From assembly GCA_031409655.1 (NCBI GenBank), contig JANNXQ010000012.1, positions 1 to 64,000 on the forward strand: a DNA stretch of 64,000 bases, written 5' to 3'. Origin of the DNA: Chthoniobacteraceae bacterium (GTDB taxonomy: Bacteria; Verrucomicrobiota; Verrucomicrobiia; Chthoniobacterales; Chthoniobacteraceae). Shown one piece after another: positions 27,250 to 35,988 of the stretch (within the stretch, counting starts at the first letter, position 1; every line of letters starts with the position of its first letter). The position numbers and the translations under genes are program-made. A model generated the notes under the pieces. It saw only the letters and a program-made list of their open reading frames with translations. It was not told the DNA's origin and made no database searches.

Positions 27250-30003
27250 ATGAGCCAAAATTACAAAGACACGCTGCTCCTGCCGAAGACCGATTTTCCG
27301 ATGAAGGCGGATCTGGTGAAGCGCGAGCCGGAACGCCTCGCCCAATGGGAGGCCACCGGACTTTACCAGCAGATCCTCGACGCGCGTCGGCAGGCGCCGC
27401 TCTTTGTGCTGCACGACGGTCCTCCTTTTGCCAATGGCGATGTCCACATGGGCACGGCGCTGAATAAGATCCTCAAGGATCTGATCGTGAAGTCGCGCTC
27501 GATGCTCGGTTTCCGCGCGCCCTTTGTCCCGGGCTGGGACTGTCACGGTCTGCCGATCGAATTCAAAGTGGTGAAGGAGCAGCGCGGGCTCGCGCCGGCG
27601 GAGATCCGGCGGCGGGCGGAGGAATTTGCGCGCAAGTATATCGACATCCAGCGCACCCAATTCAAACGGCTCGGCGTGCTCGGTTCGTGGAGTGAGCCTT
27701 ACCTGACGCTCGCGCCGGCGTATGAAGCGGACATCATCCGGGCCTTCGGTGCGCTGGTGGAGAAGGGGCTCGTCTATCAGTCGATGAAGCCAGTCTATTG
27801 GAGCACCGGCGCGCAGACGGCGCTGGCCGAGGCGGAGGTCGAGTACGCGCAGCGCACGGACCCGGCGATCTATGTGAAATTTCCCATCCCGGCGTCGGAG
27901 GCGGCGCGCTGCGGGCTGCCGAATGATCAGCCCATCAGCCTGGTGATCTGGACGACGACGCCATGGACCCTGCCCGCGAACGTGGGCATCGCCGTGCATC
28001 CGAAGCTGGAGTACAGCATCGTCGTGACCCCGCGGGAGCGGCTCATCGTTGCGCGTGAACTTCGCGAACGTTTCGCCGAAGCCACGCACCTGACCTTTGC
28101 CGCTGAGAGCGAGACGCGCAAAGGCGAGCAGCTCGTCGGGATCGAAGCGCAGCATCCCTTTCTCCCGCGGACTTCCCGCGTCATCGCGGCGGATTTTGTG
28201 ACGGTGGAGACGGGCACCGGGCAGGTCCACATCGCGCCGGGACACGGGAAGGACGACTACCTCGCCGGGCAGCAAAATGGGCTGCCGACACTCTCGCCCG
28301 TGGATGATTACGGGAAGTTCACCGATGAGGTCGGAATGCCGCAGTGGGTCGGCAAATACGTCTTTGACGCGAACTCCGCGATCATCGCCCATCTCCGCGA
28401 AAAGGGCGCGCTGCTCGCTGAGGAAAGCTATTCGCACGACTATCCGCACTGCTGGCGTTCGAAGACCCCGATCGTCTTCCGCGCGGTCGAGCAGTTCTTC
28501 ATCCGCGTGGAGGACATCCGCGCGGGTGCGCTCAAAGCCATCGATGAGACGAAATGGATCCCGCAATGGGGGCGCAATCGCATCGCCGGGACGGTGGAGT
28601 CGCGGCCCGACTGGTGCATCTCGCGACAGCGCACCTGGGGCGTGCCGCTCCCCGTCTTCTATGACGAAAAAGGGGTGCCGATCGTGCGTGCGGATCTCGC
28701 GCGGAAAGTCGCGGGGCTCGTCGAAGAACACGGGACGAATCTGTGGTTTGAAAAAGACGATGCGTGGTGGGCCGGGCAGCTCGGGCTGCCCGCGAGCACG
28801 ACGCGCCGCAATGATACGCTCGATGTCTGGATCGACTCCGGCGTTTCCCATCAAGCCGTGCTCAAGCGGCACCCGGAACTCGCCGCCTGCGCTGGCGTGG
28901 CGGACGTGTATCTCGAAGCGACCGACCAGCATCGCGGCTGGTTCCAGAGTTCGCTGATGACGAGCGTCGCGCTCACTGGGCACGCGCCTTACAAGACGGT
29001 GATCACCCACGGCTTCGTCGTGGACAAAGACACCCGGCGGAAGATCTCGAAGTCCGAACAAGGCGGCTACAAGAAGCCGATGGAGGCCGACTATTTCGTG
29101 AACAAATACGGCGCGGACATCGTGCGCCTCTGGGCGGCGAGTGTGAATTTCACGGACGATGTGCCTTTCAGCGAAGAGAGCTTTGCGCGCATCGGCGAAG
29201 CGTATCGGAGCTTCCGCAATGTCCTCCGCATCCTGCTCGCGAATCGCGGTGCGATCACCGCCGCGCCCGCGGGTGTGGATGTCCTCCAGGGCGCAACGAC
29301 GATCGATCGCTGGATGCTCTCGCGGCTCCAGGCAGTGATCGGGATCTGCCGGGCGGCTTACGAGGAGTACGACTTCCGCCGCGTCTTCGAGACGCTCAAC
29401 CAATTCTGCATCGTCGATCTCAGCGCGCTCTACGTCGATATCACGAAGGATCGGATGTATTGCGATGCCGCGGATTCACCACGCCGTCTCGCCACGCAGG
29501 CCGTGATGGGCCGGGTCTTCGACGCCGTCACCCGGTTGCTCGCACCCATCCTCGCTTTCACTGCGGATGAAGCGTGGCAGTTCGCGGGCGGCTCCCGGAG
29601 CGTCCACGTCGAGGCTTTCCCGGAAGTGGACGCCACGCTGCGCAACGGGGAACTCGAGGAGGAGATCGAGGCGTGGCTGAAACTGCGTGCGACGGTCGCG
29701 CAAGCCGTGGAGCCAGCGCGACAGGAAAAGCTCATCGGCAATGCCCTGGAAGCGGTCGTGACGATCGAACTCGCCGCCCCGACCGAACTCGCCGCGCTCG
29801 CTTCGCGGAAAGACGAACTCGAGGAATTCATTATCCTCAGCGACCTGACGTTGACTAGCGGTCCCGAGACGCGGGCGAGCCTGGTGCGCACGGCGCAGGC
29901 GAAATGCGCACGATGCTGGCGGCATCGTCCGAGTGTCGGCGTCCATAGCGCTCATCCGGAGCTCTGCGACCGGTGCGTCTCCGTTTGCACCGACGGCGCA
30001 TGA
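27250..30003 (+). CDS. ileS: Isoleucine--tRNA ligase (type 1, C-terminal zinc finger)
   Basis: LP.T.FPMKA, HDGPPFANG..HMGT, PGWDCHGLPIE, WTTTPWTLP, WCISRQR.WGVP, DQHRGWF, KISKS, CARCW...LCDRC. Confidence 0.97.
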   Translation: MSQNYKDTLLLPKTDFPMKADLVKREPERLAQWEATGLYQQILDARRQAPLFVLHDGPPFANGDVHMGTALNKILKDLIVKSRSMLGFRAPFVPGWDCHGLPIEFKVVKEQRGLAPAEIRRRAEEFARKYIDIQRTQFKRLGVLGSWSEPYLTLAPAYEADIIRAFGALVEKGLVYQSMKPVYWSTGAQTALAEAEVEYAQRTDPAIYVKFPIPASEAARCGLPNDQPISLVIWTTTPWTLPANVGIAVHPKLEYSIVVTPRERLIVARELRERFAEATHLTFAAESETRKGEQLVGIEAQHPFLPRTSRVIAADFVTVETGTGQVHIAPGHGKDDYLAGQQNGLPTLSPVDDYGKFTDEVGMPQWVGKYVFDANSAIIAHLREKGALLAEESYSHDYPHCWRSKTPIVFRAVEQFFIRVEDIRAGALKAIDETKWIPQWGRNRIAGTVESRPDWCISRQRTWGVPLPVFYDEKGVPIVRADLARKVAGLVEEHGTNLWFEKDDAWWAGQLGLPASTTRRNDTLDVWIDSGVSHQAVLKRHPELAACAGVADVYLEATDQHRGWFQSSLMTSVALTGHAPYKTVITHGFVVDKDTRRKISKSEQGGYKKPMEADYFVNKYGADIVRLWAASVNFTDDVPFSEESFARIGEAYRSFRNVLRILLANRGAITAAPAGVDVLQGATTIDRWMLSRLQAVIGICRAAYEEYDFRRVFETLNQFCIVDLSALYVDITKDRMYCDAADSPRRLATQAVMGRVFDAVTRLLAPILAFTADEAWQFAGGSRSVHVEAFPEVDATLRNGELEEEIEAWLKLRATVAQAVEPARQEKLIGNALEAVVTIELAAPTELAALASRKDELEEFIILSDLTLTSGPETRASLVRTAQAKCARCWRHRPSVGVHSAHPELCDRCVSVCTDGA

Positions 30004-30521
30004 GCGTCGCCGATCCTTCCAGCAAGCCCGGCCCGGATCGCCGCTGGCACGTTCGAGGTCTCTTCCCGCTCTTTGCGGTGGCCCTCCCGCTCTATGCGCT
30101 CGATCAGGTTTCAAAGTGGTGGATCGTGAAGAACTTCGCGCCGCTCGAACAACGCGTCGTGATCGAAGACTACTTCGACCTCTGCTACTTCATGAATACC
30201 GGCGCGGCCTTCAGCATCGGCTCGGGGAACAATTGGTTCTTCATCGCGCTGTCGATTGTCGCGCTGGTGGGGCTGCTGGTATTCTGCGCGCGCGGCGCTT
30301 TTACCGATGCCTTCAGCCGCTGGGGCAGCGCGCTCCTGCTCGCGGGTATCGTCGGGAATCTCACCGACCGCATCCTGCACGGCCACGTCGTCGATTTCCT
30401 CCTCGTCGATCTCCACGTCCGCTTCGCCAATCCCTGGCCAGCCTTCAACGTCGCCGACTCCTGCATCTGCATCGCCGTGGCCCTCTTCTTCATCGCCTCC
30501 TTCCGCGAAGGGCGACGGTGA
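30000..30521 (+). CDS. lspA: Lipoprotein signal peptidase
   Basis: LDQVSKW, NTGAAFS, GIVGNLTDR, GHVVDF, WPAFNVADS; ATGA overlap with ileS. Confidence 0.96.
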   Translation: MSVADPSSKPGPDRRWHVRGLFPLFAVALPLYALDQVSKWWIVKNFAPLEQRVVIEDYFDLCYFMNTGAAFSIGSGNNWFFIALSIVALVGLLVFCARGAFTDAFSRWGSALLLAGIVGNLTDRILHGHVVDFLLVDLHVRFANPWPAFNVADSCICIAVALFFIASFREGRR

Positions 30522-30557
30522 GTTCGGGTATTCGTCAGTTGCGGATTGGAAATCCGG

Positions 30558-30812
30558 TTACCGCGGCGCGGTGAGATCGGCTTCCAGATATGCGAGGGCC
30601 TTATCGTAGCTGCACCGCTGGAGAAAATGCGCGAGTTGCGGATCGACGGGAGTGGGTAACTCGCCTTGGAGCGTGGTGATGCGCTCGGACGCCTCCTTCA
30701 GGCGTTCCATGTGACTCGCGGCGTCGGCTTCGTAGGCCTTGCGATCCGCGATGATCTCCAGCCGTTCGCGCAAGGCAGCGGCGAGTTTCTGATGAAGGGA
30801 TGACTCAGCCAC
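30558..30812 (-). CDS. Small hypothetical helical protein
   Basis: 84 aa with coherent codon usage, ending L.HFLQRCSYDKAL.YL; co-oriented downstream of the DUF2934 gene. Confidence 0.65.
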   Translation of the reverse strand: MAESSLHQKLAAALRERLEIIADRKAYEADAASHMERLKEASERITTLQGELPTPVDPQLAHFLQRCSYDKALAYLEADLTAPR

Positions 30813-30832
30813 GCCGTAGATCGGCCTTCGCC

Positions 30833-31135
30833 TTACGCCTTCGAAGCCTTGGAATGCTCAGCGGTCAACTGGCGCTCGGCCTCCAGCCAGTCACTATGTT
30901 CATCGCCCGGGAGTCCTGAGGCGCGGCGTTTTTCCGAAACGAAATAGGCCCGGAGTGCGATATCGCCTTCCGAAAACGCCGGAGCGGTTTTCTTCGCCGC
31001 AGGTTTGCGCGGTGCGGCGGCCTTCTTCACTGGAGCTGCTTTGCGAGGAGCGGCGAGTTTGACTTCTGCCGCAGGTTTCGCTGCGCGCTTTGCGGGTGCG
31101 TCAGCCTTTTTCGTGGTCGTGGTTTTTTTGCCCAT
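30833..31135 (-). CDS. DUF2934-domain protein with Lys/Ala/Pro-rich N-terminus
   Basis: IALRAYFVSE.R...G.PG....DWLEAE.QL is the DUF2934 pattern, preceded by PAKK-like repeats. Confidence 0.8.
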   Translation of the reverse strand: MGKKTTTTKKADAPAKRAAKPAAEVKLAAPRKAAPVKKAAAPRKPAAKKTAPAFSEGDIALRAYFVSEKRRASGLPGDEHSDWLEAERQLTAEHSKASKA

Positions 31136-31377
31136 AGCTTCAGGATTTGTTTTGAGACTCGCCCTGGGGGTTAGAGGCCACTGGCGTGACATCGAGAACA
31201 ACGACGCGATGATACGAAAACGGGCGGCGGCGTAAACGAATATTTGTTTCGGCCGCGCCCGGACGGTCTCGTCAGGCGGCCCGCGGCGCTGGTGTCCGGA
31301 CCGTGGCGCGCGCGGGCTAAAACTTTCGGATTGCTTCGCGGCGGCTTCGTCCGATCGCGGCCATTCGGCCGCAAAGC

Positions 31378-31414
31378 AAAAAGGCCGCTCCCGTGCGGGA
31401 GCGGCCTTCTTTTT
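31378..31414. terminator. Intrinsic terminator, potentially bidirectional
   Basis: aaa-aaggccgctccc-gtgc-gggagcggcctt-cttttt: perfect 12-bp stem with an A-tract on one side and a T-tract on the other, 3' of the small Cys-rich gene. Confidence 0.85.
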
Positions 31415-31438
31415 AAACCTTAAAAGAGAGCGGGGTGC

Positions 31439-31615
31439 TTACTTCTTGGGGTTGCACTTTTCGCAGACTTTTCCGTCCTTGGTGGCTTCGACGCAGCACT
31501 TGTGTTCGCAGGTCTTGCCGGCGGCCTTGGCTTTTTCGCAGCAGGTCTCGGCAAACGCTGGGGTGGCGAGCGCGAACGCAAAAGCGGCCGCGGTGAGGAG
31601 TTTGGTGATGTTCAT
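31439..31615 (-). CDS. 58-aa secreted Cys-rich protein
   Basis: MNITKLLTAAAFAFALATPAFA signal peptide + ETCCEKAKAAGKTCEHKCCVEATKDGKVCEKCNPKK, followed by a terminator. Confidence 0.8.
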   Translation of the reverse strand: MNITKLLTAAAFAFALATPAFAETCCEKAKAAGKTCEHKCCVEATKDGKVCEKCNPKK

Positions 31616-31676
31616 AGGACTCGCTTCTAGCACCGGTGTTTCGCCCTTGCCAAAGCGTATTTTTTGACGCCGACGG

Positions 31677-32702
31677 CTAGCGGTGGCCGTCAGCGACATG
31701 TTTACCGAGCATGTCGGCGCCGAAGTCGCGCGCAAAGTCCCGCCAGATCGTATGCACGTGGTTGGCGTCATTTTGGGTGTTGTCGTATTCGAGCACGAAG
31801 CTCGTCCCCTGCACCCGGTAGTAGTGGGGCTCGCGCGGTTCGAGGCCGCCGGCCCAGGCAAAGTGGATCGCGTCCAAGCCCGCCTTTTCGATCTTCGCCC
31901 AGTCTTCCACCGCGACATCCGGGCGGCAGCGGAAAAGATACTCTTTCATCAGCTTCGTCAGGAGCGCCTGCTGGACGGCGGTCAGCGCAGTGCGCGGCAG
32001 GCCTTCTGGTTTCGTCGGATCGACCCGCTTGGGATCGTTGAAAATCTCCTTGGGTGCTTCTGCGAGGATGATGGCCACTTTGCGCTGCTCGTCGGTGAGG
32101 GACTTCACCAGTTCGCGGGCGAGGTCTTCCTCCTTTCCGAGGATCCGGGTGCCTTCGCGGGGGCCGCTGCGCACTTCGCCGGGATTGGTGCCGAAGAAGG
32201 AGGGCGTCATGGCCGGCGCCGCTTCGCCGACGGGCACGGTAAAATTCAGCGCAAGATGATGACCTTCGAGGCGCCAGCCCCAGGGACCCGCCGCACCGGG
32301 TTTTCCGAAGATCGAGACGAAGTATTGCTCGGGATCGCGCACCGGTTTTCCGGGCTGCCCTTTTTCCAACTCCGCGAGGATCGCTTCGAGGCTCATGATG
32401 GACGCGGCTTTGCTGTAGCCGCGGTGGCTCAAGCCTGTGGCCAAGAGCGCGTGCGCAAGCAACCGCTGCTCGTAATTCATCTCTTTCATCGGCAGCCCTT
32501 TTCTGACGCGCGGGATGAAATGCCAGTTGGAGCGTTCCGTGTCGGCAAATTCAAACGAGACCTTCGTCTGCTGCTCCGGACGGAGAGCGGAGAGGAGATT
32601 CTTTGCCGCCTGCGCCATTTCCTCACTGGCATCGTGGGCCCGGAGGGGTGCAGCCAGAGAGAATAAAAGGAGGAAGAGTGGCGAAACGCGCAGAGCTTTC
32701 AT
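31677..32702 (-). CDS. Secreted DUF3500-domain protein
   Basis: Signal peptide; ER.NWHFIPR.RKGL, WGWRLEGHHL.LNF, TPSFFGTNP, FAWAG, YYRVQG, EYDNTQNDANHVHTIWRD..RDFG. Confidence 0.85.
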   Translation of the reverse strand: MKALRVSPLFLLLFSLAAPLRAHDASEEMAQAAKNLLSALRPEQQTKVSFEFADTERSNWHFIPRVRKGLPMKEMNYEQRLLAHALLATGLSHRGYSKAASIMSLEAILAELEKGQPGKPVRDPEQYFVSIFGKPGAAGPWGWRLEGHHLALNFTVPVGEAAPAMTPSFFGTNPGEVRSGPREGTRILGKEEDLARELVKSLTDEQRKVAIILAEAPKEIFNDPKRVDPTKPEGLPRTALTAVQQALLTKLMKEYLFRCRPDVAVEDWAKIEKAGLDAIHFAWAGGLEPREPHYYRVQGTSFVLEYDNTQNDANHVHTIWRDFARDFGADMLGKHVADGHR

Positions 32703-32796
32703 GGAGCCGAACCTCACAGTCCGCCGGGACGGATGGCAAACCGAAAACACGCCGCGGGCGTTTCGCGGTGGATTGCGGAGGCGACGAGGGCAGCGG

Positions 32797-34293
32797 CTAC
32801 GGATGGCTCACGCTGGCCTGAATCGCGGCGGGCGTCACCACCGGTTCACGCAGCATTTTTAAAATGGGCTGCGGAAAGATGCCGAAGACGAAGATGCCGA
32901 GAGTGAGGGCTCCGACCGTGAGGCGGGTGAGTGGTGAAAAGGTGATGGCGCGGTCGTCGTTCGGCTCCTGCCAATACATGGCGGCGACGACGCGGAGGTA
33001 GAAGTAGAAGCCGGCGGCGACGGTGACGACACCGATGCCGACGAGGACGAAATGGTGCTCCTGCACGGCGGTCGCGAAGACGAGGAACTTTCCGATGAAG
33101 CCCGCGGTGAAAGGGATGCCAGCCAGGGAGAGCATCGCGGTGAGCATTCCGAAGGCGAGGAAGGGGCTGCGTTTGGCGAGGCCGTTGAAGTGCAGGATGT
33201 CGTCCCCGCGGGAGTGATTGGCGACGACGATCATGACGAGGAAGCTGAGCAGCGTCATCAGCAGGTAGCCCGCAAGGTAGAAGGCGATGGCGACGCGGGC
33301 GGAGCCGAAGGTGGAGATCGTCTCGTTCAGGCTCGCGACGGCGATGAGCAGGTAGCCCGCATGGCCGATGCTCGAGTAGGCGAGCAGCCGTTTCAGATTC
33401 TCCTGCGGCATGGCCGCGAGATTGCCGTAAAGGAGGCTCAAACCCGCGAGGACGGCGACGGCGGCGAGCACCTTTTCGCCGATGCCGGCAAGACCGACAA
33501 AGGGTTCGAGGACGCGGAGCAGGACCACGAAACCGGCGGCTTTCGAGCCCACGGAAAGGAAGGCGGTGATCGGGGTGGGCGCACCTTGATAGACATCGGG
33601 CACCCAGAATTGAAACGGTGCCGCGGCCACTTTGAAGCCGAGCGCGATGAGCAGGAGCATGAGGCCGAAGAGCAGCGGCGTCGGGGAGATCTGCTTGGTG
33701 GCGAGGACGTGGGCGATGGCCTCCAGATTCGTCTCACCGGTCAGGCCGAAGATCCAGGTGATCCCATAGACGAGGAAGCCGGTGCTCAGGGCGCCGAGGA
33801 TCAGATATTTCACGCCTGCCTCCAAGGATGCGGGATTTTTCCGCAGGTAGGCGACGAGCACGTAGAAGCTGATGGTGACGAGTTCCAGCGAGACGAAGAT
33901 CAGGATAAAATCCACGGCGGAGGCCATGAACATCAACCCGGCGCAGGTGAAGAGCGGCAGGCTGTAGAATTCACCAAGCCCTGATCCGAAGCGCTCGCCG
34001 GGGACGAGACGGGCGACTACGCCTCGGTATTCCACCGCCATCACCAGCACGACGATCGTGGTCACGAGCGCGATGCGTTTGAAAAAGAGCGCCGTGGGAT
34101 CGGCGACGTAAAAGCGGGCGAGGTCGCCGACATTCGCATCGGCAAAAAATGAAAAGCCGACCAGCGCCGCGAGGATGGCGATCGCGCCGTGAGCGAGACC
34201 GCGCTTGTCGTCGGTCTTGGAAAAGGACTCCACCAGCAGCATCAGGATGCCGAGGACGAGGACGGTGATTTCGAGGGAGATTGCGGGGATCAT
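32797..34293 (-). CDS. nuoN: NADH-quinone oxidoreductase subunit N
   Basis: Polytopic; SLEL, EAGVKYLILGA, GFKVAAAPFQFWVPDVYQGAPTP, KRLLAYSSIGHAGY, SLAGIPFTAGFIGKF. Confidence 0.93.
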   Translation of the reverse strand: MIPAISLEITVLVLGILMLLVESFSKTDDKRGLAHGAIAILAALVGFSFFADANVGDLARFYVADPTALFFKRIALVTTIVVLVMAVEYRGVVARLVPGERFGSGLGEFYSLPLFTCAGLMFMASAVDFILIFVSLELVTISFYVLVAYLRKNPASLEAGVKYLILGALSTGFLVYGITWIFGLTGETNLEAIAHVLATKQISPTPLLFGLMLLLIALGFKVAAAPFQFWVPDVYQGAPTPITAFLSVGSKAAGFVVLLRVLEPFVGLAGIGEKVLAAVAVLAGLSLLYGNLAAMPQENLKRLLAYSSIGHAGYLLIAVASLNETISTFGSARVAIAFYLAGYLLMTLLSFLVMIVVANHSRGDDILHFNGLAKRSPFLAFGMLTAMLSLAGIPFTAGFIGKFLVFATAVQEHHFVLVGIGVVTVAAGFYFYLRVVAAMYWQEPNDDRAITFSPLTRLTVGALTLGIFVFGIFPQPILKMLREPVVTPAAIQASVSHP

Positions 34294-35765
34294 TTTACGA
34301 GCAGCGCCTCGACGCTCGGCTGGACGTAGCTGAGGAAAATTTTCGGGGCAAACCCGGCGACGAGGAGCACCGCGAGGAGCAGCGTCACGGGCCACCGAGC
34401 GGGCTTCACGACGTCGGTCCAGGTCGCGGTATCCTTGCCGGATTCACCCATGAAGATGGCGCGGTAGGCGCGCAGCATATAGACGGCGGAGATCACGACG
34501 CCCCAGAGCGCGAAGATCGTGGCGAGCTGAAAGTGCCAGGTCTGGGCGGGACCCGCGCCGGTCTTGAACGCCCCGAAAAAGACGAGCACCTCGCTGGCGA
34601 AGTTGGCAAATCCCGGAAGGCCGATCGAGGCGAAGGCCGCGCAGCCAAAGGCGGCCCCGAGCCACGGCATCGACCGGCCCACCCCGCCAAAGGAATCGAG
34701 GGCCAGCGTCGGGCGTTTTTCGCGGAGGATTCCCGCCATGGCAAAAAGCGCGGCGATCGAGAGGCCGTGGGCGAGCATGAGCAGCGCCGCGCCGCTGACC
34801 CCGAGGAGATTCATCGCGGCCACTCCGAGGAAGATGTAGCCCATGTGCATCACGCTCGAGTAGCCGAGCATCAGATCGAGATGTTTCTGCCCGATCGTGA
34901 CGAGACCGACATAGATGATATTTCCGACGAGCAGGAGCAGGAGCAGCCAGGACCACTCCTTCGCGCCTTCGGGGAGCAGGGGCAGCGCGACGCGGATCAA
35001 GCCGTAGAGGCCAAACTTTTTCAGCACGCCCGCATGCAGCATCGCCGCCGGAGTCGGGGCGCTGGCGTAGGCTTGCGGCGCCCACGAGTGGAAGGGGAAG
35101 AGCGAGACGAGAATCCCAAAGCCGATGAGCAGGATCAGGTAAGGCCGGCCCTGCGCCGAGGCCGGGATCACTTTGTCCATGCCGAGCTGCTGGAGCTTCG
35201 TCAGGTCAAAAGTCCGATAGACTTCGGGGATCGAAAAGTAGAGATCCGCCAGACCGATCAGCAGAATGAAAGATCCCAGCGCCAGATAGATCGTGATCTT
35301 CCAAGCCGCCGTCTGCCGCTCGCCCGTGCCCCAGAGACCGAGCAGGAGAAAGGTGGGGATGAGCGCGAGCTCGTGGAAGGCGTAGAAGAAGAATAGATCG
35401 AGCGAAGCAAACGCGCCCGCCGCGCCCGCCGCGATGAAGAGGATGCAGGCGTAGAAAAGGCTCTCGCGCTTCTCGATCTTCGGCGTCACCCAGACTGCGG
35501 CCAGGGTCACGATGCCGGTGAGGAAGAGCATCACCAGACTCAGGCCATCCGCACCGAGGAAGAAATTCAGTCCCCACTCAGGAACGATCGGCGAGACCTG
35601 CTTAAACTGAAAGCCGCCCGCCACTTTGTCATAAGAGAGCAGCGCGAAGACCGAGAGAAGAAAGGTCGCCGCCCCGGCCCCCAGCGCCGTCTTCCGCGCC
35701 GGAGCGCCGAGCAGGATCGCCAGTGCGCAGAGCAGCGGGATGAAAATGAGGAGACTCAAAAGCAT
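34290..35765 (-). CDS. nuoM: NADH-quinone oxidoreductase subunit M
   Basis: LGADGLS, DLFFFYAFHE..LIP, FPFHSWAP.AY..APT, LKKFGLYG, YSSVMHMG, ASIGLPGFANF.SE; ATGA overlap with nuoN. Confidence 0.92.
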   Translation of the reverse strand: MLLSLLIFIPLLCALAILLGAPARKTALGAGAATFLLSVFALLSYDKVAGGFQFKQVSPIVPEWGLNFFLGADGLSLVMLFLTGIVTLAAVWVTPKIEKRESLFYACILFIAAGAAGAFASLDLFFFYAFHELALIPTFLLLGLWGTGERQTAAWKITIYLALGSFILLIGLADLYFSIPEVYRTFDLTKLQQLGMDKVIPASAQGRPYLILLIGFGILVSLFPFHSWAPQAYASAPTPAAMLHAGVLKKFGLYGLIRVALPLLPEGAKEWSWLLLLLLVGNIIYVGLVTIGQKHLDLMLGYSSVMHMGYIFLGVAAMNLLGVSGAALLMLAHGLSIAALFAMAGILREKRPTLALDSFGGVGRSMPWLGAAFGCAAFASIGLPGFANFASEVLVFFGAFKTGAGPAQTWHFQLATIFALWGVVISAVYMLRAYRAIFMGESGKDTATWTDVVKPARWPVTLLLAVLLVAGFAPKIFLSYVQPSVEALLVK

Positions 35766-35988
35766 TGGCCCGGAGTGGGTATCTGATTACGCGGCAACGA
35801 AAAGATTTTTTCCTTCAATCTTTTCCCCCGCTGCCCGCCGCACTGGATGCGCCGTTCGCCAAGCCGTGGTGATCTCCAAAATCACGAGCGTCTGTCCGAC
35901 TGCCCCAACCGCTTCGAGCACCGGAGGGCGATGGGCATGGCCAGGTGATCATGGATCTGCTGGGGTGAGGGCCAATGCCCTTCCTGTC

